NCBI GenBank assembly: GCA_963662795.1
Contig: OY759746.1
Location: 3,296,001 to 3,360,000 of the forward strand
Direction: 5' to 3'
Source of the DNA: Spirochaetia bacterium
Lineage (GTDB): Bacteria > Spirochaetota > Spirochaetia > CADAEX01
DNA length: 64,000 nt
Position 1 is the first letter of the stretch; each line of letters starts with the position of its first letter. The notes beneath the pieces were generated by a model. It saw only the letters and a program-made list of their open reading frames with translations, did not search any database and was not told where the DNA came from. Both the position numbers and the translations under genes were made by a program. Of this stretch, positions 1 through 9,651 are shown in pieces.

Positions 1-2
1 TT

Positions 3-581
3 GTAAAGCCTGTAATTCCTCTTAAGACTATTTTTCTTGAAGACCCGGTAAGAATTATTAGGGCTGTGAAATATTCTGTAATGATTGGCGGAGATTTGCC
101 TTTTTTTCTGAAAATGAGGATAAAGAGACATGCCAAAGAGCTTCTTTTGTGCTCACCTTCAAGGATAACGGAAGAAGCGCTAAAGATAATGAAAACAGAA
201 TATTCAGCTGATATTTTCAGAAGGCTGACTGCTCTCGGAATCCTTAAACTGGTCCTTCCCGGTGTCTATGAAATGCAGAAAAACAACAGTTTTTACAAAA
301 GAATTGAAATATTTGATAACCTTAAAAAAGCGGGAAAAATATCTACGGAAAGTTTATCCGCAGTTCTTCAGCCGCTTATAGAAGATTTTATTATTGGAAT
401 TCACAGTATTGAGACAGACCCGGTAACGACAATGAAGGAACTTGTGGATGATGTGAAGACTTTTCTCCGTCCGATAACGCCTCCAAACCGCGATATAGCA
501 GATGCAGTCAAGATGATTGTCAGGCAGAACAGGATTAAGGTAAAACCGTCACTTCCGTATCATTTCAGGCCAAAGCACTGA
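3..581 (+). CDS. pcnB: Poly(A) polymerase / tRNA nucleotidyltransferase family (PcnB-like), 5'-truncated by the window edge
   Basis: The frame is open from base 3 and reads VKPVIPLKTIFLEDPVRIIRAVKY, the EDPxRxxRA motif of PcnB/CCA enzymes, followed by SPSRITEE. Confidence 0.75.
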   Translation, partial: VKPVIPLKTIFLEDPVRIIRAVKYSVMIGGDLPFFLKMRIKRHAKELLLCSPSRITEEALKIMKTEYSADIFRRLTALGILKLVLPGVYEMQKNNSFYKRIEIFDNLKKAGKISTESLSAVLQPLIEDFIIGIHSIETDPVTTMKELVDDVKTFLRPITPPNRDIADAVKMIVRQNRIKVKPSLPYHFRPKH

Positions 582-590
582 GGAATATAT

Positions 591-1065
591 TTACCGTTCC
601 AGTACTTCAAACTGACCCATCATCCCCATACCCGCATTTTCAATTGTCCATAATTCGATGCTGTTTTTCCCATCATGTGGGGATGATACCATAGTGTAGC
701 GGCACTCTGGTTTACTACAAATACAGGTTTCCATATTTCCCCCGGTCTGATCACCTGATGCGGACCGCCGTCAAATTCGGCCGGGACATGAAGTCCATGC
801 CAGTGAACAGTGCTGTCCTCTCAGAGTTTATTTTCAACGTTTATTTTAAAAAAATCGCCCTTTGATACCCGAATAGCCGGCCCCAGATAATCTCCGTTAA
901 ATCCCATTGTCCTGCTTTTCCCAGTAGACAGGGAAAGCGTCCCTTTCTGCATTGCAAGGTACAATCCTGATTTTTCAATAAGGGGTGGAACCGGCAGTTC
1001 GCCGGAGTTGATAATTTCATCAGACCCGGAAGCGGCAGCAATATTAATAATCAAAAAAATATGGT
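591..1065 (-). pseudogene. Multicopper oxidase (CueO/Mco-like) remnant
   Basis: Reads GFNGDYLGPAIRV...NVENKL*EDSTVHWHGLHVPAEFDGGPHQ...AATLWYHPHMMGKT with an in-frame TGA at 821-823. It then shifts frame to IELWTIENAGMGMMGQFEVLER*, the typical MCO C-terminus. The middle domains are missing and the 5' boundary is approximate. Confidence 0.85.
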
Positions 1066-1292
1066 GATGTAATAGATTTTTATTATAAATAGTCCTTACC
1101 TTAATGTTGAAATATGAACTTCGGTTAATTCCAATATTTAACTTATATCCATAAATATAATACATTTATTATTCAAAGCGTTATTATGTGAAAAATGATT
1201 TCTCTTTCTGTCCGCAGTTGTATCAAGTGTCTTGAATTTATGAAATTACATAATCAGTATTGTTATTTTAAATAGATAAATATATTTAATTT

Positions 1293-1418
1293 ATGGCCAT
1301 GACTTCCTATGCCATGCCTGAGGACTTTGAAAATGCAGAAAAAACCTGGGGTTCCTGCAATATAACAAAACCGGGCACTATTAAAAAATGGAACACTATT
1401 TTTGGTTTTTTTAAATGA
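1293..1418 (+). pseudogene. Probable remnant of a response-regulator receiver domain (C-terminal half)
   Basis: 41-codon ORF MAMTSYAMPEDFENAEKTWGSCNITKPG resembles the receiver segment IAxTAYAMxEDxExAxxxGxxxYITKP; there is no N-terminal half. Confidence 0.45.
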
Positions 1419-1454
1419 CGGAGCAATTCCGGCCCCTTTAACATCCTGGCAAAG

Positions 1455-1847
1455 TCAATTTCTCCGGCTGTCCGCCATTTCTTTTGTTAATGTCCGCAGC
1501 ATTAATATATGAGTTGTAACACCGGATGCAATTAAAACCAGCATTATTCTTATCCACCAAATGCCTGTAAAAAAAACTGCTGAAGAGATTATCATCACCC
1601 ATAAAAATATAATTGAAATAATTTTAGATTTTACAGATACGGCCCTGTACTCCATATAGTTAAGTATATAACTTCCGAATATTTTATGACTGGTTATCCA
1701 TCTGTAAAGAGTTTTTGAACTTTTTAAAAAACATGCGGCTGACAGCAGAAAAAAAGGGGTAGTGGGAAGTATCGGCAGAAAAATCCCTGCAACTCCAAAT
1801 GACAGAGATGTAAAACCTGCTGCGGCGAATAAATATTTTTTAATCAT
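1455..1847 (-). CDS. YbaN family (DUF454) inner membrane protein
   Basis: GIFLPILPTTPFFLLSAACF...SS..LY.W motif; hydrophobic 130 aa; GGAGG RBS upstream. Confidence 0.9.
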   Translation of the reverse strand: MIKKYLFAAAGFTSLSFGVAGIFLPILPTTPFFLLSAACFLKSSKTLYRWITSHKIFGSYILNYMEYRAVSVKSKIISIIFLWVMIISSAVFFTGIWWIRIMLVLIASGVTTHILMLRTLTKEMADSRRN

Positions 1848-1864
1848 ACCCCTCCGTCTAAACG

Positions 1865-1899
1865 GCCGGCTTACAGCTGAACAGGTACGGAAAGCCGGC
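1865..1899. terminator. Inverted repeat (stem-loop) between the TPR gene and ybaN
   Basis: GCCGGCTT (1865-1872) pairs with AAGCCGGC (1892-1899); long loop and no clear U-tract on the minus strand. Confidence 0.35.
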
Positions 1900-1929
1900 T
1901 TTGATAATCTGTCCGAACAAAACCCTGTA

Positions 1930-3189
1930 TCATTTTAAACCGCTGATTACCTCAAGAAGCGGCCCGGTATGAACTTTAAATCTCTCAGGTGAATATTCTG
2001 CTGCCTTTTCAAGAAAAAAAGCGGCCTGTCCGGTATCACCTTTGGCGTAAAACGAAAGACCGGCTGCGTAGCTAAGGAGCGCGGCATCTCCTCCGGATGA
2101 AAGTGCCCTGGTGTAATACTCTATGGCCCCATCATAATTTCCCTGTGAGTGGCGGATAAGTCCTTTATAATAAAGGGAGAAATGGTCGGCCGGATATTCA
2201 TGAAGTAAAGCGGTGAAAATATTGTCTGCTTCAGTTAATACTCCCTCTTCATACAGTTTTTTCCCTTTCGCATAAATTTCTTCCAGTTTTTCCGATTCAC
2301 CGATAAATGCAAGCAGCCTTTCTGTAAAAAGTGGTATATCGAGCCACTTTGAAAAATAATCAGCAATAATTCTGCTGTTTCCGGCGCTGTCTGACCCGGG
2401 TTCGAGAAGAGGGAGACTGTCCCATAAAAGCCTGCTGTAGGAAGGGCCGTATTTCATGTCCATCATAAACTCTACAATAACCCAGGATTGAGGAATATAA
2501 ACCCCGATGTCCGCATCGATCTTTCCTGATAAAATTTCTTTTATCTGCTGAGCTGTTTTTTCTTTTCCCTGCTGTTTTATCAATTTACCGAGATGTGAAA
2601 AGATTAAAGCTTTTCCGGGGGCTGTATTTTTATAGAAATCAGGCGCAGATGATATTTTGAGTTCTTCCTCAAGATAGAGTGCAATTCCAGCTTCAAGCCA
2701 CTTTGGAGGAGAGGGGATGGAGCTTCTGAAAAACTGGTAAAAACAGTTAATCCGGAAATCCCTGCTGAAAACTGAATCTTCAATTGCCGCAATCTCAAGT
2801 CTACCTTCCCCCGGACTGCCGGTCTGTGCCGTTTTATTTAAAAACAGGGCAACAGGTTTTCCTTCAGGAAGTCCCCTTTCTTTCAGAAATGCATCCAAAC
2901 CTGTTTCAGAATCGAAAATAAAGATTCTCATTTTTTCATCGGAAGGATTCTTTCCGGGAAACCTTATGAAATTATTGTAGAAATTCATATTTTTATCGCA
3001 CCCTGTAAAAAAGGAGGCGGGCAATGGCGAATTTTCGGCTGTATGAAATATGTAATAACCGGTTTCAGTCTTTTTAAAGGAAGTATCATCAGGATTTCCG
3101 GGATAAACCGCGAATAGAGGGACAATGAAAAAAAGAACAGCCGCGGAAAGGGTGAGTTTTTTAAAATCAGTTTGATACAAAGTTTTCAA
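1930..3189 (-). CDS. Exported TPR protein with a degenerate gluzincin/peptidase-MA-like N-domain
   Basis: N-terminal signal-like segment; PKWLEAGIALYLE; C-terminal TPRs (YYKGLIRHSQGNYDGAIEYYTRAL). Confidence 0.7.
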   Translation of the reverse strand: MKTLYQTDFKKLTLSAAVLFFIVPLFAVYPGNPDDTSFKKTETGYYIFHTAENSPLPASFFTGCDKNMNFYNNFIRFPGKNPSDEKMRIFIFDSETGLDAFLKERGLPEGKPVALFLNKTAQTGSPGEGRLEIAAIEDSVFSRDFRINCFYQFFRSSIPSPPKWLEAGIALYLEEELKISSAPDFYKNTAPGKALIFSHLGKLIKQQGKEKTAQQIKEILSGKIDADIGVYIPQSWVIVEFMMDMKYGPSYSRLLWDSLPLLEPGSDSAGNSRIIADYFSKWLDIPLFTERLLAFIGESEKLEEIYAKGKKLYEEGVLTEADNIFTALLHEYPADHFSLYYKGLIRHSQGNYDGAIEYYTRALSSGGDAALLSYAAGLSFYAKGDTGQAAFFLEKAAEYSPERFKVHTGPLLEVISGLK

Positions 3190-4033
3190 TTTTTATATTA
3201 ACCTCTTTAATGTGAATACCCGCATATTTTTCCAGACTGGATATAACATACTGCTGGAAATTATGCACCCTTCCTGACAACTGGGTCATATATGGAACCT
3301 GGATATATAATTTTATACTGTAGCTGTTTGTATCAGTTCTTACTTTTACCTTGTTAATCTTTATTGTCTGATCAAACTCGTCGGCACAGTGTATAATCAT
3401 CTGTGTAAGGGCAGTTTCGGAAATTGTAACAATCCCTTTCTGCTGGGAATAGTTAGGGGTAACAATTGTTTTCTCGAAAACCTTTGGAGCATTTCCGATT
3501 CCCAGAAATCTCTTTTTCATGAAAACTTTTACAGTATCATAAATAATATGGGAATAGTCTCTCTGTATAACCACGGAAGGAACCGGAATAATGTGCTTTC
3601 CTTCAATATTGCGTGAGTGTATTGCCTTGTTTATTTCATCCTGGGTCGCTATGTCCTCAATATGAATTATTTTTGAAACACGGGGAAGCCTGAGCCTCTT
3701 CGCAATCTTGAAAACCATTCTGTCGGATGTTCCGATTAAAAGGATTCTTTTGAATTTTGTTTTTCTGAGAGAATTGATAACTTCTTTTCTGTGGCTGATA
3801 TCATCAAAAAGAGCCGTTCTGATTGCTCCGAGAAATTCTTTTTCTTTTTTGGCTGATTTCCCTGCTATTACCCCGTTATCATGGATCAGTAAACCGTCAT
3901 CTACAATCAGCTGAATGCCGTATTTCTCTGCAATAAGTTTGGCCCTGAAACTTTTGCCTGTTCCGCTTTTACCGACAAGGGCAAAAACTTTTATTCCGCC
4001 AAGAAGCCATACAAGATAGTGGAAAAATTTCAT
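3167..4033 (-). CDS. P-loop domain fused to an Asp23/Gls24-like C-terminal domain
   Basis: Walker A GKSGTGKS, IVDDGLLI, AGKSAK; C-terminal G.VTISE...Q.YV...LEKYAGI.IKEVNI.I is Asp23-like. Confidence 0.7.
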   Translation of the reverse strand: MKFFHYLVWLLGGIKVFALVGKSGTGKSFRAKLIAEKYGIQLIVDDGLLIHDNGVIAGKSAKKEKEFLGAIRTALFDDISHRKEVINSLRKTKFKRILLIGTSDRMVFKIAKRLRLPRVSKIIHIEDIATQDEINKAIHSRNIEGKHIIPVPSVVIQRDYSHIIYDTVKVFMKKRFLGIGNAPKVFEKTIVTPNYSQQKGIVTISETALTQMIIHCADEFDQTIKINKVKVRTDTNSYSIKLYIQVPYMTQLSGRVHNFQQYVISSLEKYAGIHIKEVNIKIENFVSN

Positions 4034-4071
4034 ATCATGAATATAGCACAGATATTTTTAAATTAAAACAA

Positions 4072-5109
4072 CTAGATTAACAGCGAAATATCATTGAATA
4101 GTTTCTCAATCTCATCCGGGCCAAAGATACCGGATATTTTTTTTACAGTGTCTTCGGGCAGTCCGGCTGTGAGAAGTGAAAAACCCGGATTTCTATCCTT
4201 ATCTGTAAGTTCGAGCTTAACTGACCAGCAGTGAAGAATATAGCTGCCTTTGTCTTTGCATGATGAACCATATTTTGTGTCAGAGCTTAATGGATGTCCG
4301 TGCATCGCACATTGCTTGCGTATCTGGTGATACCGGCCGGTTTCTATCTCTACAGCAGCCAGGGTCTGGTTTTTTGAATGGAGGAGGGGTGCCGCACGTG
4401 TAACAGCTTCGCGTCCACCCGATTCATGGGACCTGTTTACTGCAATTCCTTTATCAGTGTCATGAGCCAGGAAATCAGCCCATTCAACCGGGGTATCGAG
4501 ATATCCGTCAAGCAGTGCTATATATTTCTTTCGAATCTTTTTTTCCCGAAGCAGCCCTGTAATTATCCTGGCCCCTTCAATCGATTTTCCGAAAAGGATA
4601 AGGCCTGATGTGTTTTTATCAAGCCGGTGAAGGGGGGATGGGGAAAAAGAAAGCGATCTCCCTGTTATATCCTGATAACGTGCTTTTACAATTTCATCGA
4701 GAGACACTCCGTTTTCACCGGCTGCGCTTCTCTTTTTGTTTCTGCTTCCGGAATGTACCGCTATCCCTGCAGGTTTATTCAGGGCAAGAATCATGTCGTT
4801 TTCAAAAATTATCTCCAGGGGCTCATGATAGCTGTTTACGTCGGTACCTTCCTTGCCCTGTATTTTGATATTTTCAATATCCTTCTTCAGCGATTGCAGC
4901 AGAGAATTGTGAATTTCTATTGAATCGCCGCTTGAAATGTGCCTTGAGGCATCAGTTTTTTTTGAATTTATCCTGATTCTCCCTTTTCTGATTTCCCTGT
5001 AGATAATTCCAAGGGGAAGGGAGGGGAGTATTGTCCTTATTATCCTGTCAATTCTTTTATCCTGGTCATCCGGCCCTGCGCAGGCAATTTTTTTGAAACT
5101 GCTTTCCAT
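4072..5109 (-). CDS. RluA/RluC family RNA pseudouridine synthase with S4 domain
   Basis: RIDR S4 start, NKPAGIAVH, catalytic HRLDKNTSG, TGRYHQIR. Confidence 0.93.
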   Translation of the reverse strand: MESSFKKIACAGPDDQDKRIDRIIRTILPSLPLGIIYREIRKGRIRINSKKTDASRHISSGDSIEIHNSLLQSLKKDIENIKIQGKEGTDVNSYHEPLEIIFENDMILALNKPAGIAVHSGSRNKKRSAAGENGVSLDEIVKARYQDITGRSLSFSPSPLHRLDKNTSGLILFGKSIEGARIITGLLREKKIRKKYIALLDGYLDTPVEWADFLAHDTDKGIAVNRSHESGGREAVTRAAPLLHSKNQTLAAVEIETGRYHQIRKQCAMHGHPLSSDTKYGSSCKDKGSYILHCWSVKLELTDKDRNPGFSLLTAGLPEDTVKKISGIFGPDEIEKLFNDISLLI

Positions 5110-5169
5110 AACCTATATCCAACCTCTGCTACTTGACAATTTATTGTTCTATCATAAGACTATTATCTT

Positions 5170-5649
5170 ATGCAGGAATACACTTATTCCAGTTTGAATA
5201 ATATTTTTAACAATCCGGTATTTCTCTCAGCTGTTTTCAGCTGGTTTATTACGCAGTTTATAAAAACACTTATAATAATGCTGAAACCGGTCCAGATGCC
5301 TCTTAGATATTATATCAGTATTCTGCTTTGGAGAACAGGCGGAATGCCTTCCAGCCATTCAGCAATGGTTTCAGCCCTTGCTACTGCCATAGGCTTCAAA
5401 GAAGGGTTCAATACATCTCTTTTTATTGCAGTATTCGGTTACGGCATGCTTGTGGTAAGGGACGCTGTCGGGGTCCGCCGTTCTGCAGGTATGCAGGCAC
5501 GGACTCTTAATAAAATGGGATTTGAGCTTCAGGAGAAATTAGGAATAAATTATAAACCTGTCAAGGAAATAAGCGGGCATTCCTTTTCCGAAGTACTTAT
5601 AGGTATAATAATCGGTTTTTTTATTGCTCTTGCGTTCAGCATACTTTAA
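5170..5649 (+). CDS. Divergent PAP2 family protein (DUF212)
   Basis: TGGMPSSHSA, DAVGVRRSAG.QA, GHS..EV motifs. Confidence 0.92.
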   Translation: MQEYTYSSLNNIFNNPVFLSAVFSWFITQFIKTLIIMLKPVQMPLRYYISILLWRTGGMPSSHSAMVSALATAIGFKEGFNTSLFIAVFGYGMLVVRDAVGVRRSAGMQARTLNKMGFELQEKLGINYKPVKEISGHSFSEVLIGIIIGFFIALAFSIL

Positions 5650-5654
5650 AAATT

Positions 5655-7241
5655 ATGAACAAAGTATTGAATTTTAACCAGCTGACACTTCAGAAAAAAC
5701 TTTTAGTGTTTTTTATCTCCGCTTTTTTACTGACCCTGTTTTTTTTCTGGACTGCAATTAATACTGTGGGAAGCCTTAATATTAAAAACTGGAAAGGATA
5801 CCATATTCTTGTTGTTGAAGAAAATGAAAATACACAGCATGTTCTTGACAGACTTGTGAAATCCGGATTCTTTGATGAGGTTGTTTCAAAATATAATACT
5901 TATGCCGAATACAGCGATTTTGATGAACTGCAGTTAATCAAAATTGACAGGATTGAAGAACGGTTTAACCATATCGACCCCAGGCTTGACACCTTTCTGA
6001 AGAAAGCCGGTAATTATTTCAGGGCTTTTAAGGGTGAAAATGAATATTCAGTTTTTTATCTGAAAAGCGATGCAGGATATCAGGCTGTAAAAAATGTTGT
6101 AAGTACTTTGCTTGGAACTGATCATTACTGGATAATGCCTGAAGGTGAAAATCCTCTTTTTAATCCCTCCGCAATGATATTATACGCAATAATCCTTTTT
6201 ATCTTTATCCATATGGACTCCAAAAACAGTTTTTTGTATCTCTTTAATGCAGTTCCGTGGTTTTTTGTGATTTTTATTAACGGCCGGGGCTATTTTTTCC
6301 CTTCTGTCATAATGCTTTTTCTGCTTAAGCATATTCTTTTTCTGAAAAATCAGATTATCTGGGAATATATAAATAACGGAAAGGTCGATCTGTCAGAATA
6401 TAACAGCATAAGGACAATATTGACTGCTGTTTTAATTTCCCTGTCTTTTATTATTTCCGCCGTACTGACAGGGGGAATGTGGATAGCTTTTTTTACAGTT
6501 ATTTTTCTCATTTTATTTGAATTATCCCTGATTGCATCTGTAATACTGTACAGTTTCATAAAAGCTGCAGGATATGTTCACAGGATATTCTGTAATGTTT
6601 CCATAATTAAGGAATCCATAAATAAAACCTTTTTCTCCATGAATAAATACTATCTGCTGGCAGTATATGTATTTTCTGCCGCGATAATTCCTTTATATTT
6701 CAGCGACAGCAGCATGGGAATGAGGTATCCTGTGCCAATTCATATTGAAAATTATCCGGAAAGCGGAGTAACCCTTGAATACATGAAAAAGATGGCTGAT
6801 AAAAAGAATTTTTCCGGAAACCTTCCTGATTATCCTGAATATATTCGTCATCTTGCCTATCAGATACGGCTTCCATATGCTGAAAAATATTCTGTTCCGG
6901 AGAATAACGAAAGTATCAGTATTTCCCATTATTACCCGGAAAGAGATACCTACAGGATGGAAAAAATCATTGTCAACCAGTTTACAGACAAGTGGTTAAT
7001 CGATAATATTACATACGGTAAGGGAAAAGGGCTTACCGGCCTGATGATCAGTGAAGAAGGCTTTATTCAGGCTGCGCCAGGAAGCACTGCTCCGGCTGCC
7101 CCGCTATTAATCCCGGCTATATTCAGTTTTTTATACCCTCTGACATTAATTATAGTGTCAGGATTAAGGAAAACACAAAAAACTGGAAGCCTGGAAAGCA
7201 TTAAACTCTTGATTAGAAGGAGAAAACAGCAAGCGGCATGA
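5655..7241 (+). CDS. Hypothetical multi-pass membrane protein translationally coupled to rnfC
   Basis: 528-aa ORF with several hydrophobic segments; its stop overlaps the rnfC start (ATGA, 7238-7241). Confidence 0.75.
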   Translation: MNKVLNFNQLTLQKKLLVFFISAFLLTLFFFWTAINTVGSLNIKNWKGYHILVVEENENTQHVLDRLVKSGFFDEVVSKYNTYAEYSDFDELQLIKIDRIEERFNHIDPRLDTFLKKAGNYFRAFKGENEYSVFYLKSDAGYQAVKNVVSTLLGTDHYWIMPEGENPLFNPSAMILYAIILFIFIHMDSKNSFLYLFNAVPWFFVIFINGRGYFFPSVIMLFLLKHILFLKNQIIWEYINNGKVDLSEYNSIRTILTAVLISLSFIISAVLTGGMWIAFFTVIFLILFELSLIASVILYSFIKAAGYVHRIFCNVSIIKESINKTFFSMNKYYLLAVYVFSAAIIPLYFSDSSMGMRYPVPIHIENYPESGVTLEYMKKMADKKNFSGNLPDYPEYIRHLAYQIRLPYAEKYSVPENNESISISHYYPERDTYRMEKIIVNQFTDKWLIDNITYGKGKGLTGLMISEEGFIQAAPGSTAPAAPLLIPAIFSFLYPLTLIIVSGLRKTQKTGSLESIKLLIRRRKQQAA

Positions 7242-8566
7242 AATCATTAAAAACTTTTCCAAAAGGTGGTGTTCATCCCGGTGATTTTAAGGATTTGACA
7301 AATAAAGAGCCTATCCGGAATGCGGCAATCAAAGATAGTTTTATCATCCCGATGTCGCAGCATATTGGCGCACCTTGCGAATGCCTTGTCAATCCCGGGG
7401 ATGAAGTCAAGGAGGGGATGCTTATAGGCAAAGCTTCGGGTTTTATATCTGCAAATATTCACTCTCCGGCACCGGGAGTTGTTAAAGAAATCACTGATAT
7501 TTTTCTCGCAAACGGATTAAAGGCAAAAGCTGTAGTACTCGAGCCTTCAGGATATTTTGATCAGCTTGGGAAAAATATTGTTCCCGCTGACTGGAACAGC
7601 CTTACTGCCAAAGAACTTCAGGAAAAAATATTTAATTCCGGTATAGTCGGGCTTGGCGGAGCTACTTTTCCTTCAAATGTAAAGTATATGATACCGCCGG
7701 ATGCAAAAGTGGAAGCTCTTGTCATTAACGGAGTGGAATGTGAGCCTTATCTTACCGCAGACCACAGGCTGATGCTGGAAAAAAGCGCTGAAATATTTAA
7801 AGGGCTTGAAATACTGCAGAAAGTATTGAATCCGGACAAAATATTTATAGGCATTGAAGCCAATAAACCTGATGCGATTGATATTATGGGCAATCTTGCT
7901 CAGGAATCAGGCGGAAAGATAGAAGTAGTACCTTTGAAGCTTAAATATCCCCAGGGTGATGAAAAGCAGCTTTTAAAAGCAATAACAGGCCGTGAAGTCC
8001 CATCCGGCAAGCTTCCCATAAATATCGGGGCTGTTGTTTCCAATGTAGGAACTGTCTTTGCCATATATGAGGCTGTCGTTCTCAATAAACCTCTTTATGA
8101 AAGAGTTGTAACTGTAACCGGCAGGGGCATTAAAAATCCTTCCAATCTGAAAGTCAGAGTCGGCACCAAAGTCAGGGATCTGATAGAAGACTGCGGAGGA
8201 GTCACTGATGATACTGTAAAACTTGTCATGGGCGGCCCGATGATGGGCTTTACAATGTGCAGCCTTGATACACCGGTAACAAAAGGAACCTCAGGCATTC
8301 TTGCCCTTACAGAAATGGAAATCGGAAAAAGCGTACAGACTGCCTGCATAATGTGCGGCAGATGTGTAAAAGTGTGTCCGATAGGGCTGGTTCCAACAAA
8401 GCTTTATAAAAACATAACACACCGCAGATATCAGGATGCAATGCATATTAACCTTATGGACTGCAAGGAGTGCGGTTGCTGCGCATATGTGTGCCCTGCA
8501 AATATTCCTCTTGTTCAGGGTATGAGGCTTGGGAAAAAAATGGCTAATAAAAAGGTGAAATCATGA
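7238..8566 (+). CDS. rnfC: Rnf/Rsx electron transport complex subunit C
   Basis: GGVHP, QHIGAP, GIVGLGGATFP, ECEPYLTAD, YPQGDEK, GGPMMG and two CxxCxxCxxxCP clusters. Confidence 0.97.
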   Translation: MKSLKTFPKGGVHPGDFKDLTNKEPIRNAAIKDSFIIPMSQHIGAPCECLVNPGDEVKEGMLIGKASGFISANIHSPAPGVVKEITDIFLANGLKAKAVVLEPSGYFDQLGKNIVPADWNSLTAKELQEKIFNSGIVGLGGATFPSNVKYMIPPDAKVEALVINGVECEPYLTADHRLMLEKSAEIFKGLEILQKVLNPDKIFIGIEANKPDAIDIMGNLAQESGGKIEVVPLKLKYPQGDEKQLLKAITGREVPSGKLPINIGAVVSNVGTVFAIYEAVVLNKPLYERVVTVTGRGIKNPSNLKVRVGTKVRDLIEDCGGVTDDTVKLVMGGPMMGFTMCSLDTPVTKGTSGILALTEMEIGKSVQTACIMCGRCVKVCPIGLVPTKLYKNITHRRYQDAMHINLMDCKECGCCAYVCPANIPLVQGMRLGKKMANKKVKS

Positions 8567-9651
8567 GCGATGAAAAGGTCTTTCTTGTAGCATCTTCTCC
8601 CCAAATCCACCATGCGGATTCAACTTCACGGATTATGCTTGATGTAATTATCGCGCTGATTCCTGCAGGTATCTGGGGTATTTACGCATTCGGCAGCAGG
8701 GCTCTTTTGGTTATTGCTGTTTCAATAATTGCTTCAGTTTTAACGGAATATTTCATGTGCCGGATTATTAAAAAAAACACACTTGGCGATTATACCGCTG
8801 TTATAACCGGACTCCTGATAGGTTTTAATATGCCCTCCGGTGTTGCCCTTTATGTGCCTGTTGTTGCATCGGTTTTTGCAATAGCTGTTGTAAAGTGGAC
8901 TTTCGGCGGGCTTGGCACCAACCTGATGAATCCGGCGCTGGCAGGAAGGGTTTTTGTTTTTTTCTCCTGGACAGGGACAATGACAAAGTGGAGTTCTCCT
9001 GTCGCAACCAGGGCAATTGACACCCTTTCCGGCGCTTCCCCTTTAGGATATCTAAAGACTTCACTGCTGGATATTACAGGCAATATCTCCGGTCCTATTG
9101 AAGTCCTTGCTACTTATCCAAGGAGCGGTTTCAGCCTGTCAATGTCTGACTGGTTTGCTTCCGCGCTGGGTGTGAGGATTGATCCTGTATATTATGATCT
9201 TTTTTTCGGCAATATACCGGGGTGTATCGGCGAAGTTTCCGCGTTTCTCCTTATTGCCGGGGCAATATATCTTTTTGTCAGAAAAGTAATAACATGGGAA
9301 ATACCTGCGGCGTACCTTGTTTCCTTCAGTTTTTTTATATGGATGTTTGACGGACTCAGATTCGGAACAGGTTTTTTCAGCGGAGATATCTTCTTTCACC
9401 TTTTTTCCGGCGGACTTATGCTGGGCGCTCTTTTTATGGCAACAGATATGGCAACATCTCCGTTAAGCGGGAAAGGGCAGATTATATTCGGTATCGGATG
9501 CGGTTTCCTTACATTCCTTATAAGGGTATACGGGTCATTTCCTGAAGGAGTATCCCTTGCAATTATAATCATGAATATTTTTACAGCAATGATTGACAGG
9601 CTGACAAGCCCCAGACTTTTCGGGTTTGTGAAAGAAGGAAAGGCAAAATGA
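8563..9651 (+). CDS. rnfD: Rnf complex subunit D
   Basis: SSPQIH, FGGLG.N.MNPALAGR, SGASPL (FMN site, S in place of the usual T), GCIGEVS, FMATD, PEGVS.AI. Confidence 0.96.
   Translation: MSDEKVFLVASSPQIHHADSTSRIMLDVIIALIPAGIWGIYAFGSRALLVIAVSIIASVLTEYFMCRIIKKNTLGDYTAVITGLLIGFNMPSGVALYVPVVASVFAIAVVKWTFGGLGTNLMNPALAGRVFVFFSWTGTMTKWSSPVATRAIDTLSGASPLGYLKTSLLDITGNISGPIEVLATYPRSGFSLSMSDWFASALGVRIDPVYYDLFFGNIPGCIGEVSAFLLIAGAIYLFVRKVITWEIPAAYLVSFSFFIWMFDGLRFGTGFFSGDIFFHLFSGGLMLGALFMATDMATSPLSGKGQIIFGIGCGFLTFLIRVYGSFPEGVSLAIIIMNIFTAMIDRLTSPRLFGFVKEGKAK

Noticed and set aside
821-823. TGA read-through (selenocysteine or alternative genetic code) in the oxidase gene
   Set aside because: The position is not a Cys site, the gene is also frameshifted and internally deleted, and TGA is a normal stop elsewhere (prfB site, many genes).
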